64,000 bases of DNA, from NCBI RefSeq assembly GCF_006345805.1, contig NW_021832430.1, positions 372,001-436,000 of the forward strand, written 5' to 3'. Below the pieces are notes generated by a model. The model was not told the DNA's origin, searched no databases, and was given only the letters and a program-made list of their open reading frames with translations. Shown here one piece after another: positions 1 through 15,188 of this stretch (position 1 is the stretch's first letter; every line of letters begins with the position of its first letter). Made by a program: the position numbers and the translations under genes. The DNA is from Octopus sinensis. Taxonomy: Eukaryota.

Positions 1-1317
1 TTTACTTTTCTTTAGAGCGTTGTGACTCTTTGTATTCGATTTTTCTTTTTCTGCATTCTTCCTGGAATCGCGATTGCCGTTGCTGTTTTCGCTCTTGTCG
101 TGTCTTAAGCTTCGAAATTCGCTGGGTCTCCTGTTCTTCCCGACGGGCAGTGACAGCTGCCAATTTTTCGGTATGTTCGTCTTGTCGTCTCTGCCTTTCC
201 TCTTGCATGTCACGCAATCTGAGCTCTGAAACAGACATTTTCTGGTTCAAATCAAAACGCCTGTTCTCAATGTCAAGACTGTTCATAAAAGCAACTTCGT
301 CAATCTTTAAATTGAATGTAATGACCCACTTTTTCGTCTTCTTCTCGTGCCTTGTCGACTATTTTCTGCAATTCCCGGTGACGCTTTTCTTCCGCGTTCT
401 TCATTTTACGTTCCAAGGCTTCTCGCTGGTCCTCGGCTAACCTTTTTTTGTAAGACCTGACTAAAGCTATCTTTTATAGTCCCCCTTTTCAAATACCTTC
501 TGTCTAAGAATTTTGATCGTTTCCCGCCTTTCAGCCAAAATCTTTTCCCTGTATTTTGCTGCTCTCTCAAATTTCTCGTCTAATTTACTCAGCAATGTTT
601 GTCTGTAAATTAATAACTTCAGAAAAGTAACTCTTCGGTGTCGTCCTCGTCGCATGTGGTGGGTGTGGAAGCACATGAAGCAGACTGGAAGTATTCAATC
701 TCAGCAGATAGTTGCAAATCGTGCTGGTTAAGGGACTTGAGGGTGAGTTCGTTCATAGACTCTAGCTTAGACCCCAACTCATCCTCATATCCGTACATTT
801 CTCTCATCACCTTCAAATATCAAATCCGATCTCACTTCCAAAAGATTGTTTGTTTTGGTTACAGTATTTTCAGCCGAACTTGCTTGATCCTTTACACAAG
901 TTGTTTCCACCAATTCGTCAGTCTTCGGGGGGTCCTCGGTAGAATGAGGTGTCGGTGGAGCGATTTGAGGACTAAATTAATAAAATCAGCTTTACTAGAA
1001 TGGAATATAACACCATATATAATACGGGACGAAACATACGGGGACTAGATTATGAACAGCTCTACTCAATACAATCATCACTAATAAAAACCGGTCGTTA
1101 GGAAATTTACATCGAATAATGTTTTGTAATGAAAATATCGACCTTTTAAGTATTGACAGAATATCCTATAAATGTGATTTTCAAATATGTCAACTTTGCT
1201 GAAAATTAAATCGTTTGTTGACTGGGTATGGGTAATCACCTCTTTTAATAATTCTTCAAGTTTTGATAATAAATGACTGTTATTATTTTGGATGGGGGAC
1301 GTCATTGAAGTTAACAC
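1..1317 (-). CDS. SCAPER: SCAPER-like protein, 5' part; runs off the window start; several micro-introns; start approximate
   Basis: Removing 25-30 nt GT-AG introns gives ...RKMKNAEEKRHRELQKIVDKAREEDEK/IDEVAFMNSLDIENRRFDLNQKMSVSELRLRDMQEERQRRQDE, matching the recalled SCAPER coiled coil ([31 protein letters not shown]...LQEERQRRQEE). Confidence 0.8.
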
Positions 1318-1749
1318 ATCATGTTATTTAGAAACATAGTTTATTTAAACTAATAATTAATTATATTTAGATTATTAATTGTCTATATTAATCAAAAATT
1401 CAAGTGTTATCCAAAAAAGATTAAGGCCTTAAAACCTACAGTGCCAAAGTATTTTTACAACAATAGTAAATAAAGCAATCGTTTGCAGGAAAATTCTCCT
1501 TTCTGTGACAAGTTTTATTAGACATGTACTCAGAAAAACCAGGTTAGTAGATCGAGCATATTAACTAAGTTCAGGCCAAATAATCTTAGATAAACATGTC
1601 ACATTTTCAAACAAACTATAACTATAATAAATGTTGTAAACAAGCATTAAATGAATTGAATATTATAATAAACGTTTAAAACATAAAATTATAAAAAATC
1701 GTATCTTGCAATCGTCTTAGGGTTTATTCCACTTAGCTACAAATAATAT

Positions 1750-4700
1750 GCCCACAAAACTACTTTTCATCGTCTGAGATATGGTAGTGTTCATAGAAAG
1801 AGTTTTCTTGGACAATTTAATTACTTTCCGATGATCATAACCTCATCTTAACAAATTCTAAAAATCAAACCAATAGTTTTCGATGATTTCACAAAATGAA
1901 GACCGTCATTTAGATTCCAACACGAATCATCAAAAATCGGCAATGATTCTAACAGAAATGGACTCTCTTAAGACAATACCAGGCTCCTGGTCGTATGAAA
2001 GCCTCATGAGTCTGTCGACGTCTGTTATTATAAAAAAGGAATCCAGATATTGTAAAACCTTCTTTACCATTTCTCCCTAAAGACTAAACGGCGAAGCAAA
2101 CGTCTTCGTATATCTTCTTGAGCATATTCGGAATTCCGGCCTTGTTTACGGTAGGTTTCTTAATTATACAAAAATCATCAAAACCGGAGATTCGGCGTAG
2201 ATTTTACTGGAATTGTAATATTTTTGAATCTGAGAAGACATGGTTCTCCACTTGTCGAAATTGACTAGTCCATCGATGTATGAGTCGTTAGCATCATTGA
2301 TGAAGCATAAATCCTTCCGTAATATAGGGAGGTAAGGAATCTAGTTGTTATGAACGTTCAAACTGTGTGTATTTCGCCACTATTCATTTCGCTCATCAAA
2401 GCATTTCTGTAGCAGGCCATATTCCGCAAAGGATCACATAGTTTTGATAACTTTCCAAACATTCTTGTAAACTTAGGGGACACCTTGTCCCAGGATTGCC
2501 GAAGTCGTTGAACTGCACGATGGGATAGACCGCCGATTATTGCCAGACACGCATTAAAGTTGCCCTTTTTTCTTAAAATGTCTATTTTTAGACAAATTAG
2601 GTCAACTGGCCACATTGATTAGAATTGCCAATATTTTGGCACGTTTTGTCAAACTTGGCTCTCCACAAACTGCTGAAATGACCCAAAACATGTCAGTATT
2701 GCACAACTAAGACAGTAATACAATGTCATACATTAGCAAAACACGCCAATTCTGGACCAACTAACTGATCCTTGAGATTACAGATGTCACATATGTAGTC
2801 AAATGGGTCGATACTCCGAAACAATACTCGGTGACGTGAGTCGACCGCCTTGGCTAAATAAGCAGGAGATATATTCTCCAGAAATACAACGTCTTCTACA
2901 GCAAAGTCCTTGAGATTCTCAGTCCATGCAAAGCGTAGAGATTCTCCAGTAGGTTTGATGTAATAACTGCCATTTAGGACTTACTAAGTAAACCGAGAAC
3001 CCAAAGATAAGTTTTTAGAAAGATCTGCGCCGTCCGGGGGAAGACGACGAGACTTTATCAACGAATTGTCTTTTACAGCTACTTCATAAAGAGAATATTC
3101 CCTATTATTAATATAAACAATTATTACGTATTACTCCCTGATTCTTTAAATAGATACAAAGCACTTTCGAGTACTTGTAGAACAGACATTTCCTTTATAC
3201 TAATATAATTTGATTACATTTGTTATTGGTACGTAACGAAAGTTCCTGTCAGTTTTGTATACTTTAATGACATCGACATTAACTCCGTTATTGGGTTTGT
3301 TGAGGAAATTACAACAACGAATGTAGGAAAGGGGTATTGAATTGTCATCTTGTCCCATCCAAGATCTCAGGTTGCTCAAAGAACGACGACCACTTTCCTC
3401 CTGTCTGAAATCTCCACTCAGATTTACAAAAGTATCATTTGTAGTGGTGGAATATGGGATATAATTTAGCGATTTAAAAAATCCTAAAATTAACCAAAAC
3501 TACAACAAAAACCAAATAGGTCGGTCTGAACAACCATCGAGTACTGGTTGGCGGTCGTCAGGATTTTCCTAATCTGGCCAAAAGTAAAGTTCTTGACATT
3601 GGTTTCGTTTATTCTGAGTAGCTAATCATAAGATTATCCAAAATGCAGACCTTGTCTCCACGTCGGAGATCCAACACATCAGATTGTGTGATGAATACCC
3701 CAAATGAAGAGGCAGAGTAGAGAAAGTTGAATTCAGATGAGTCTTCTACAATGATAGTCCGCCTCCTGGTCTTTTTGGAGCACCCGATTGCCATGTCGCG
3801 CAGTTTTTTGATAAATCCCTAACATGAACAAGTCAATTAAACCAATTCTACGATTTTTTTGCAAAAATCGTGTAAAAAACTCCACATTTTGGGATTGTTT
3901 AAAAAATAGGAAAAATGACGATCAACCCATGTTTCAAACAAGTCAATAACCAAAAATATAAATAAAACCAACTTTTTCGCGGAGAATACTCTTTTCTATC
4001 CAAATCGACATTTTTTTGGGCAGGAATGAAGAATCTTCAATGAACACGCGGAAAGTCAGCAAAAAATCAAGGATGTAGTTTTCATCTCGCTTATCGCTGA
4101 TCAGATTATTAATAAGCCATTCCGGTTGTGCCTAAAACACATAACATGGCCATCAACTCTAATCACGATGGGGATATGATCTCTCTTCTCAAAAACACAA
4201 ATTGGTATTCCGTTATTCTTCGTAGAAACCATTGTGGCGTAGGACTAGGCTTGACACCAAAAAACAACATTTTCCAACACTTTTTTATAGTTCTGACTGA
4301 GAACACACAGGAATTGAGTATTTTCAAGTGCTGTGGTCATGATTCCCTTATGGAACTCCCGCTCGTCCTTGCAGGTAACTCCAAAACTGATTTGTTTATA
4401 AATGCGAAACCTGTCGCCCACGGTAAGGGAATAAATGGTTCCGTTGGGGTGTTCGACGTTGACTCCTCCGTTGATGATTACTGACCAACTGTCGTACTCT
4501 TCGTCGTGGGAGAGGACGACTGTGCCTGATTCTTTTATTTCTACGTAGTCCATTACGCGGCAGAGTTCTGTTTTTGTGGCTGCTGTGAGGTTGGAAAATG
4601 CCTGTATGATGATCAAAAGTGTTTTTACAGGCAAATGTTGAGTAAATTCGAGTAGAATTTCTAGTTCTGAATCTAATCGGAGTTCATGGCTCTTTTCGAG

Positions 4701-4799
4701 TATTTCGCATACTAAATCCTGGAATGTACAGCTGGACCGTCCTTGAGAGAGGGTAGGGGAGCCGGTACTATCACTTGAGCTGAATAATGATAGGTTCAT
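1750..4799 (-). CDS. RAPGEF2: PDZ-GEF Rap guanine nucleotide exchange factor (RAPGEF2/6 family), multi-intron; 3' end approximate
   Basis: cNMP-binding domain (LLEFTQHLP..AFSNLT..DSWSVIINGGV, 4245-4799), PDZ region (GVFITQ..LRRGDK, 3609-3794), RasGEF domain (GNFNACLAIIGGLSHRAVQRLRQSWDKV, 2358-2615; IPYLPILRKDLCFINDANDSYIDGLVNFDKWR), and tail KKIYED/GEMVKKVLQYL. Confidence 0.9.
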
Positions 4800-7700
4800 T
4801 TAATATGTGCCTGCGGGATTAGATTATACGACAGAATGATATTTTTGAAAGTTATATTCTCTCAGGAATAAACGTAAATTGAAAATGTACAAACGCAATA
4901 ACAAGCTACAAGGACTATATCTTCTATATTTTTGTTTATATTAATGTGTTAACCAATCAAAATTTCTAATTTAATTTAGATATTTTTATGTATTAAATTA
5001 AAATATAATTAAACAAATTTTAGCCTTATTTCAAATTATTCCAGACTGTTGTCTTCTCTAGAATCGAAATATAATTCTTTCTCGGATTTGAAGTCTTGAT
5101 ATCACTTCTTCCGTCCTGTGTTAAATTTTTCCAACTCGACTCTATAAGCTAGAGTGATAGAATCAAAATGTTTAAACTATGCGAGACGTATTAAAAAATG
5201 ATAATTCAAGTTCTCTTGACACTCTTGAAAGTCTTGTAATGAAATAAAACAATCGTTGTCATCTTAACGTCAAACACATAGAATTCCGTTTTATGTACAA
5301 AAAGGTTGTTATTATTATTATTATTATTATTTAAGCCAAAAACAGAATCACCGTCTTAACCATTAACTAACGTGTTCAGGTGATTCCGACACTTCTCAAC
5401 AGTCTAGCCATCTTTTCACGATGTTCAGACCGTGACCCCACACACTTTCTGTATGTACGGTGAAATGCTTGTGGTCCATCTCCACGATCCCTCCCACTTG
5501 CCTCTACAAGAGACTCCAGTGTTCGATGGACAATTTTCATGTCGGTATGGTCCTTCAGTATGTTTATGGATTTTTCTTGGATTTTCTCGATTTTTAGTTG
5601 GTTCGTTGCCGCCAGGTTACAGCCCCAAGCAGCACATGCATAGCCTATTGTTGGCTCGATATACTGCTTGTAAGGGTCTCTACCCCTGGCGGACAAGTTC
5701 TCCCACAGTTCGAAAGAAAGGCTTTCACAAAATTGATTTTCTTTATATACAAGTTGACACGATCGATTCAACATGAGGTGAGAAACAGAGGAAAGTGTCA
5801 AACGTTACACCCAATATCTTCTGTGTTTTCTTTTGTGGTATTGGGACTCCATTCAGCGTGACTTCAATAATTTTTTTCCCCATCTTCCTGTTTTTCGTGA
5901 ATAGGGTGACTGCTGACTTTTCGGAACATGCATGTAGTCTGTTTTCATATAGCCATCCATATAATTCGTCCAGTATTCTTTGTAGTCTTTCCTTCGCGTA
6001 TTCGACATTTACATCCCTTGATGCGACAACTATGTCATCGGCATAGGAGAGTAGTATGTCATTATTATCCATAGGAACCGGGAGATCATTCAGAAACAAG
6101 TTGAAGAGGGTCGGGGATAAAGGAGAACCCTGGGGTACACCATTGGGCAAAAAGCGTGATCTTGAACTCTCGTTCCCGACGCACACTTTCCCACGACGTC
6201 CGCTCAAAAAATTCGCTATCCATAGCTTCATAGGTGTAGAAATATTTGTACCAAATATCTTTTGAATTAGGATCTTCCTTGGGACGGAGTCAAACGCTTT
6301 TTGAATGTCGATAGTGCATACAATTGATTTCTCCTGCAATTTCTTCTTTTTGTGTCCTTCATTTATGAAATCTGTTAGTGTGGTGAGGAAGGAGGTCGTT
6401 GACAATCCTTCCTTGAATCCATGTTGAAATGTGGATTGTGGGAGGAAAGGGCGAATATGTTTTAGAACCAGTTTTTCCAAGATTCTTGACAGCACACATA
6501 TAAGGGATATTGGTCTATAGGAGCCGGGGTCGTTTTTCGGTCTTCCAGGTTTTAATATTGGCCGGATTTTTGATAGTTTCCATAAGTTCGGTATAGAGTT
6601 CGTGAATAATGATGTGTTATAGATCGTGGTTAAAGCATTTATTGAAACAGGGCCCAAGTGTTTTAGTAGAATAAGCGGAATTCCATCCGGTCCACATGAG
6701 TTTGTTTTCTTCTGATTCGAGATTGTTTCAGACACCTCTTCAGGAAGAAAATAAGTCGTCGGGGGCCTTTTGGATGGCTTTGATTTTAATCTTGACTGTG
6801 AGTTCATTTTTTATAAGGAATATGACTAATCTTGACACAGTGTTTCATAAAATGTTTAGATTGAGCTGATATGTTTCTGTTTTACGCTCGTCAGGATTCT
6901 TTAAGCGTCTCAACATCGTCCACATGGCCGAAATAGAGGCTTTTTATTCATGGCTCTAGAGATTCGGCTGAGCTTCTTCCTTTGGACTTGGTTGGTATTA
7001 TTCGTAATAAGCATGTTTAGAGCCCTGATTCGATCGATGATTACTTTGGGTCGATACTTTCTTTCTTGAGGCTGGTTCTTTCTCTGATTAATTTTTTCGT
7101 TCTTGAGTCATATTTTGAGCTCCCACTTCTTATACATGCTCTTCTGATAATCAAATTTCTTGCATCTATGATAGTTTTGTTGAAGCTTTCCACTGCCCTG
7201 TCCAAGGAAGAAAAATTCTTAGGGTGAAAGTTCTGGAGTCTTGAATCGACGTAATTTGCGAAAGCATTCCAATCTGCGTTTTTGTAATCATAGAAATAAT
7301 TTGGTTTCAGTATGAGATGTGGAGAACAGTTCATTCTCATTATCATTGAGTGGTGGTCACTTCGGAGATCATAGCGGACCGACCACTTGATGATAGGGGA
7401 AAGCCGAGGTGAGCAGATTGATAGATCTGGCGATGTCCTCGTGTCCTTAGAGTTGTAGGGTGTTCGAGTGTTCTTTTTTGGGTTGTTAAGGATTATTAAC
7501 TTCTGCAATTGCGATATCAAAAGGTTTCCTCTGGCATCGGCAGTCTGATATCTGAACCAAGCGGGATGCTTCGCGTTCAGATCTCCGCATAAGAGTAAGT
7601 TATCCAATTTATCAAGGCTTGATAGGTCAAAACGATAGCCCTTCTTGCATGAACCCGGGGGAGGTACGTAGACATTGGCGATTTCAAGTCTTCCGTAGGA

Positions 7701-8000
7701 GGTCATAAGTGAGATTCCAATTATTTCGGTGTTGGAGTCCTTCTTTAGGCTTGTATACGGTAAGGGATTCTCGAAATATTTTATTCCTCTTTTTATAAGG
7801 GTCAGTAGACCCCCTCCATGCTCCGACTCGCGGTCACATCGTAGTGCATCGTATCCAGCAAAAAGAGGAGTAGGGATCCGTTTCGAAAGTTTCGTCTCTT
7901 GGAGAAGACAGATATCTATTCGGTTCTCCTCCAAAAAACTGGCAAGTTCCGCCGTCTTTCCTCGAATCCCGTCAATATTCAGGCATTGTATTGTTAGCTT

Positions 8001-8027
8001 TGGACCGGGATTCTGTTCCACGTCACC
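8001..8027 (-). other. 2A-like ribosome-skipping motif GDVEQNPGP (family A LINE)
   Basis: YYRLLLLTSGDVEQNPG|P directly precedes the APE start (KLTIQCLNIDG) and fits the D(V/I)ExNPGP consensus. Confidence 0.85.
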
Positions 8028-8113
8028 TGAGGTCAACAGCAACAATCGATAGTAAGTGCCAACGTTGAGAAGATGCCGTCCAGGGGGAAGTCCTCTGGTT
8101 GGCGGGGAGCAAA

Positions 8114-8181
8114 TGGTTCTTTTTAGATACCGTTTAGGACTGTATCCGGCGCCACCAGAAAAGGTGAACCACATGACGCGC
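8114..8181 (-). ncRNA. Degenerate HDV-like self-cleaving ribozyme at the 5' end of the family A LINE
   Basis: Manual fold: P1 GCGTC/GGCGC (5 bp only), J1/2 ATG, P2 TGGTTC/GAACCA, P3 ACC/GGT, L3 TTTTCT, GG, P4 ATAC/GTAT, J4/2 CTAAAAA. Topology and P2/P3 match the copy at 15017. Confidence 0.6.
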
Positions 8182-8189
8182 GCTAAAAA

Positions 8190-8590
8190 CATTAAACTCA
8201 TTATAAACTTTCGGAGACAAACTTGAAGAATATTCGGAGGTTAAAGATTTGACAAGGTTTGTGGAACTTTTTTGCTTTATAGTATTTGCTTGTCTTCGCT
8301 AGCAACACGATTGCAAGTGAAGCCTTTTGTTTCGAGAAGATCGTAGGTTTTCCTAGACATCTGTGCCCTACAAGTTTTAGCTTATTTCTGAAAATTTTTT
8401 GTTATTTTCTATATTACGCAGACGATGAACTGTGTAAGTCGGGTAATTCAATATATTTTGTTGTAAGTCGGGTAATTCAAATAATTCAGAGTATTTCTTG
8501 GTCGCCCACGGAAACGATGGCCCCCAGCTTTGAAATAGTCCTCCATAGCGGCGTTTGCCGGTGCATACAAATCCATCCTTAGAATGTGTC
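8190..8590 (-). mobile_element. RTE-like LINE 3' fragment, decayed
   Basis: Minus-strand translation APANAAMEDYFKAGGHRFRGRPRNTL...ENLRSSRNKR resembles RTE C-termini. Contains a 19-bp direct duplication (8433-8451 / 8462-8480). Confidence 0.5.
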
Positions 8591-8752
8591 CAAAATTGCT
8601 TTGCTTTTCTTTAATACAAAATTAAACAAATATTTAAGTCATACATGTCTTTTTTGATTAATTATAGGATTTGTATTATTTAATTTTTGATTTTTGAATG
8701 TTTTTAATAAAATTACATTTGTTTAAATTTGGTGTATTAGTGATTTATCACA

Positions 8753-11138
<2,386 letters not shown>

Positions 11139-11163
11139 CAGTTCAAATAAGCCAATTATTGTG

Positions 11164-13494
11164 TTATTTACTTTCCACGTAAAAGAGGGATATATTTGTG
11201 TCCATCCAGATTGGTAGGCGATCAGGAGTGATGTATATTGAGATCCACAGCTCAGTCCGTAGCAATGAGATGTCGTATTCACTCATAATAAACCGACGGA
11301 CCCTGAAAGACTTGGGCATTGGGAGTAGTCCTACGAGGGTCCCCGAATCGATGTAGGACACAATAGCATTAGAATCTGTACTTTGCCTTTTAAATTGATG
11401 CAATGGGTGATGTCACCTTCTGGCACAAAAAGAATCGATGGGTTTGCACAAGACATCAATGGCGGTTATAATTTGATTTAACTCCAATTGATCGTGCCAA
11501 GAGTAAAACTTAAAAATATATGTAAAGGACTACCCATTCCTTGTCGCTTCTCCATGAAAAAGAGGCTTTGTTGTCATCATCAGTACTAAAGTGTCTTCTA
11601 AAAATGCACATACTCTGCATTGACAGGGGAGAGCCTCTGGACCGCAAAGAAAGCCTCTTTGTCTTTAATAATTCGGTGGATCAGCACAGCATTGCCTGCA
11701 GACTGGAAAGCCAGAATGTTATTAATAGCCTCAACAATGTTCATAAGTGCCACATGATTATGTTTAGTTTTGAAAAGAAACCAAGGAGTGGCAGTAGACT
11801 AGAATGAATGGTAGATGAGGACACCTTCATAATCATAATCAGATTAGTGGCCGAGGAGTCGTTAATTCGTTTCATGTAAGGAGAAACTACAAGTACAACA
11901 AAAAACTTACTATTTACTAGGACTGTGGTGACATAGTCGATAAACTCGTACTGCTGCACATACCCCACAAAGGCACAGTTGTAGAGGGTCTATAATACAT
12001 TTATAATATTAAACCGATATCAGGACGTCCATATATGAATTCTCAGGAGAACTATCTGCGTTTAATAGTACTGCAAATGGTCTTTCGGCACTGAGAATAA
12101 CCAACAGTTGAATGCAAAGCGTAGCCGATCCTCCTTTATCGGTATAAAAATGACTAAACTCAGTCTAAATTCACGTCCAGTCCCCTGTCGAATTGACCTC
12201 AACAGAATTGAGATGACCGGATAAAGATTTTCCGTGGTAAGAAAAGCAGCCACGAAAGACAGGATATTTATCATTAAGGAATATACCTTATTGAGATAGC
12301 AGAACATCCAGAGAATGTAAATGAACTCATACGGATAGTAAACCTCCTTCGAACTATACCAGAACACTGATTTGTACTGCTTGGATGAAAGGTTTCCGAA
12401 TCGTTTGGCGATTGCGTTAATGTCCTGCCAAATGAGCACAGGACAACCCAAAACCATGCAATTGTCAACTGTGGCCACTATTTCGGCAAAGTAATTGAGT
12501 TCCAGCTTATTTTCGTCAGTCAGACGAATATCGACCAGAGCAGATACCACTTGAGACGCCAGAAGTGCAGTTTCTGGCCAATTTTCAGATATTCTTTACC
12601 ATGTGTGCAGTTTGTACTGAAAATTGTGGAGAGAAGCGACAAGAATATTCTCTGTCCTGTATTTCTATCTAATAAGCAGAAAAACAAACTCAATTTGACA
12701 AATTCCCTCGAATTGTCTAAGCCACTTATAGTTGACGGAGGCCTCCAAAGAGGCTATGAATAAGTAATAAAACCTTAACAGTCCTCCAATTCGTATAAAT
12801 GTTCAGAAAGCAATGTCATGAGAAGGACGAGTACAGCACTCCGATGCTCCAACATTTGAGAATTGGTGACCTTGCAATATGCATGCACCATTTCCTTCAC
12901 TGAATCCTGCTAAATAAACGTCAGTTCTCAAATAACCGATTCCTGGTTGTCTTGGACTGTAAATTCTGGCAGAGATATCAGCTCCTATCAAAAATAAAGA
13001 GTGGGAATATACAGTTATAGTTTTTAGTAGGGCTACACCGTAAGGTTGTTCGCACTACTAATATATACAGGTCATACTTGGTTGTATTGAACAGTCTGAG
13101 ACCAGAAAAAATCTCTCCACTTTCGGTCTTCGTGTATAAAAGGGAGAATCCTAACCAGAATGTTTATCGAGTTTATTACTGCAAGTCAACAACAATAAAA
13201 AACCGATTGTTTTATTTTTGTCTGTTAAAATGTTTTCTTTACAACTACATAGAGTTTTCAATAGAAAATCAAAGAGGTTTGAAAGTAAGAGAGGTTTTGT
13301 ATCTCGCAGTGTGCGTACGTCCTCGGGTTTGATTGATTCTAGCAAGTCGTTAAAGTTGACTGGAAGATCAAATGATATATTGTCCCAGAAATCATTTTCA
13401 ATCTTGACTTGACTTTATTATTAAAAACTTGATTAATTTCTTTTAAATTGTGTATTAGTTTGTTTAACGGAAGCTTTGATAAACCGAAGCCCAT
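11164..13494 (-). CDS. HID1: HID1 (dymeclin family, Golgi/dense-core vesicle protein)
   Basis: N-terminus MGFGLSK (myristoylation-type) ..ENDFWDN..IKPEDVRTLRD; C-terminus SGTLVGLLPMPKSFRVRRF..LWISIY..PIWMDTNISLFYVESK matches recalled HID1 GTLVGLLPVPHPILIRKY..PVWYDTDVKLFEIQRV. Confidence 0.9.
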
Positions 13495-13569
13495 AAATAT
13501 AAGTAACACAAATATTTTAAATATGTTTTATTTAAAATACTTATAATTATAGTGACAAATATTTGTTAT

Positions 13570-14190
13570 AAAAAATGTTTTAGCCCTTGAAATATTAAAT
13601 CTCGAAAATTTCTTTGTTTATCCAAAAACTTACAATCTTGTTGCGATCCTCTTCTTGTTTCACTGCCCCTGAGGGCCTGTCCAAAATCGATTATGGAATT
13701 TCCCTCGGTTTTAGTTCCATGCTGAACATCCAATTTCACTGCAATGACTTTGTAAACTGCTTTGCGGTTCGAGGAAATCTAAATCCGATTCTGTAAATAC
13801 TTGATTTCTCCGTGTTCCTTGTTTCTTTTTACGATTTCCGCGATCTTATCAACTCGATTCTTTTGCCCTCGTAAAAATATTTTGAGTTGTTAGATTTCGT
13901 GACCGCTCTTGTTCTCGGTTTAAATAGAGCCGCTCCTATGCTTGTCGTTTTGAGGAAGTTAATTTCTTTAGTGGACTTTATGCTTTCTTATACACGGAGT
14001 GCGGGTAGATTTTCTAGCCACTCCGCGTTAAAAAACTTTGTTGGGAGATCCCTTGAGTTAGCAGGCTTTTTTGTCTTAAGGCATTCGGCCCTCAACGGCC
14101 GAAACGGGAAACGTTCCTACGGGATGGCATTTTTTCCATCGGTAAATCTAAATTGATTAACTCTGTTTACAGATCCGCATTCGAAAGGGC
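13570..14190 (-). CDS. Putative small spliced gene, unidentified
   Basis: Short open frames separated by plausible 23-30 nt GT-AG introns (e.g. gtaaacagagttaatcaatttag). No family recognised and the exon chain is uncertain. Confidence 0.25.
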
Positions 14191-14214
14191 CATAAAAACT
14201 TAAAATTTTAACTA

Positions 14215-14836
14215 CTTGCCCATCAAATAAATAAATCAGTTAAGCCTGATATTGTTGGAAAAATTCCATGTTCAAATGATACAATCAATAAACGAATACG
14301 AGATCTATCCAGAAAACATAATTCAATTTAATTGGATGAAGATGTAGCAAAATGCTCCCAGTTACTCGTAGATGTGCGATATATTTATATGGTAAATATT
14401 AAAAAAGAATTTTTGTTCAATTATTTCTTACCTTTAAACAAAAAAGGTTCTGATATTTTTGATGCATTTAATTGTTTTTTGAAACAGAATGTACATTTTT
14501 GATTTTGTATTTATAATAAATCTATTGTGGCAAAATCTAGTGCATGCACCACAGATGGAGCACAAGCTATGCTTGGATGTAACTCTGGTTTCCGAAGTAA
14601 AGTACAATCTCTCAATCCAAATGTAAAACATCTTTACTGTATGTTGCATCTTTATGCTCTAGCTGTGAAGACAATGCCTCTTGAACTTAAAAATGTTCTT
14701 GAGAATGTGAAACAACACCATCCATCTCATTATTTAAATAATTTTTTTCTTATTTTTAAAACAAATCGATAAGGGGTACGCGAAAAATTATTTAGATGGC
14801 AGGGGTACGCAAGGCAAAAATGTTTGAGAACCACTG
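14215..14836 (+). mobile_element. hAT (Buster/Charlie, ZBED/FAM200-like) internally deleted transposon fragment
   Basis: KIPCSNDTINKRIRD, QLDE, CTTDGAQAMLG...HLYCMLHLYALAVKTMP; ends in the Charlie-type terminus tttgagaaccactg at 14836. Confidence 0.8.
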
Positions 14837-15016
14837 AGTTAAGGCTTCTTGCTGACTTACATTATTGTTTTCCTGAAAAAATTCATTTAAACTTTTTTTG
14901 GATTCTCGGGTACTAAATAGTTTTTTTTTCCTCATGGTTGTTACAAATATTAAGCTCCTAAAAAGTGATTAAATTGGCTATCATTTATAAATAAACATTA
15001 CGGTTCACCTTCTCGT

Positions 15017-15087
15017 GATCGTCATGTGGTTCACCTTCTCGTGGAGACGATTGGATGCTGATTTCACATCAGCAACAAACAGAACCA
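15017..15087 (+). ncRNA. HDV-like self-cleaving ribozyme at the 5' end of the family B LINE
   Basis: Manual fold: P1 GATCGTC(15017-23)/GACGATT(15046-52) with G1.U wobble, J1/2 ATG, P2 TGGTTC/GAACCA, P3 ACC/GGA (one mismatch), L3 TTCTCGT, P1.1 GG, P4 TGCTGAT/ATCAGCA, J4/2 ACAAACA with candidate catalytic C. Confidence 0.8.
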
Positions 15088-15188
15088 ATTTTTCCCCCTT
15101 GCCAACCAACCTGTCAACGGTTTGGTTGGTAGTGGCTACGGGACGAGCGCCAAGCTTACGTTCCCTGACTCTATTGTTGATTCGGTGT

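Larger units (their letters stand above)
5305..8181 (-). mobile_element. Ingi/Vingi-like non-LTR retrotransposon (family A): 2A-APE-RT, near full length, frameshifted
   Basis: APE (LNIDG, LQETK, GDLNAKHP, SDHH) in 7041-8201; RT (GPDGI, YRPISL, QHGF, DIQKAFD, GVPQGSPLSP, YADD) in 5743-6807; C-terminus 5376-5801; (TAA)n tail at about 5307-5332; frameshifts near 7050, 6930 and 5760. No TSD found. Confidence 0.92.

Noticed and set aside
30-1048. Plus-strand ORFs of 136 aa (30-440, 638-1048) and similar antisense ORFs elsewhere
   Set aside because: They are shadows of opposite-strand genes or TEs with no independent motif support.
15002-15045. Spliced-leader sequence
   Set aside because: No donor site or Sm motif follows; the HDV fold explains the conserved 17-mer better.
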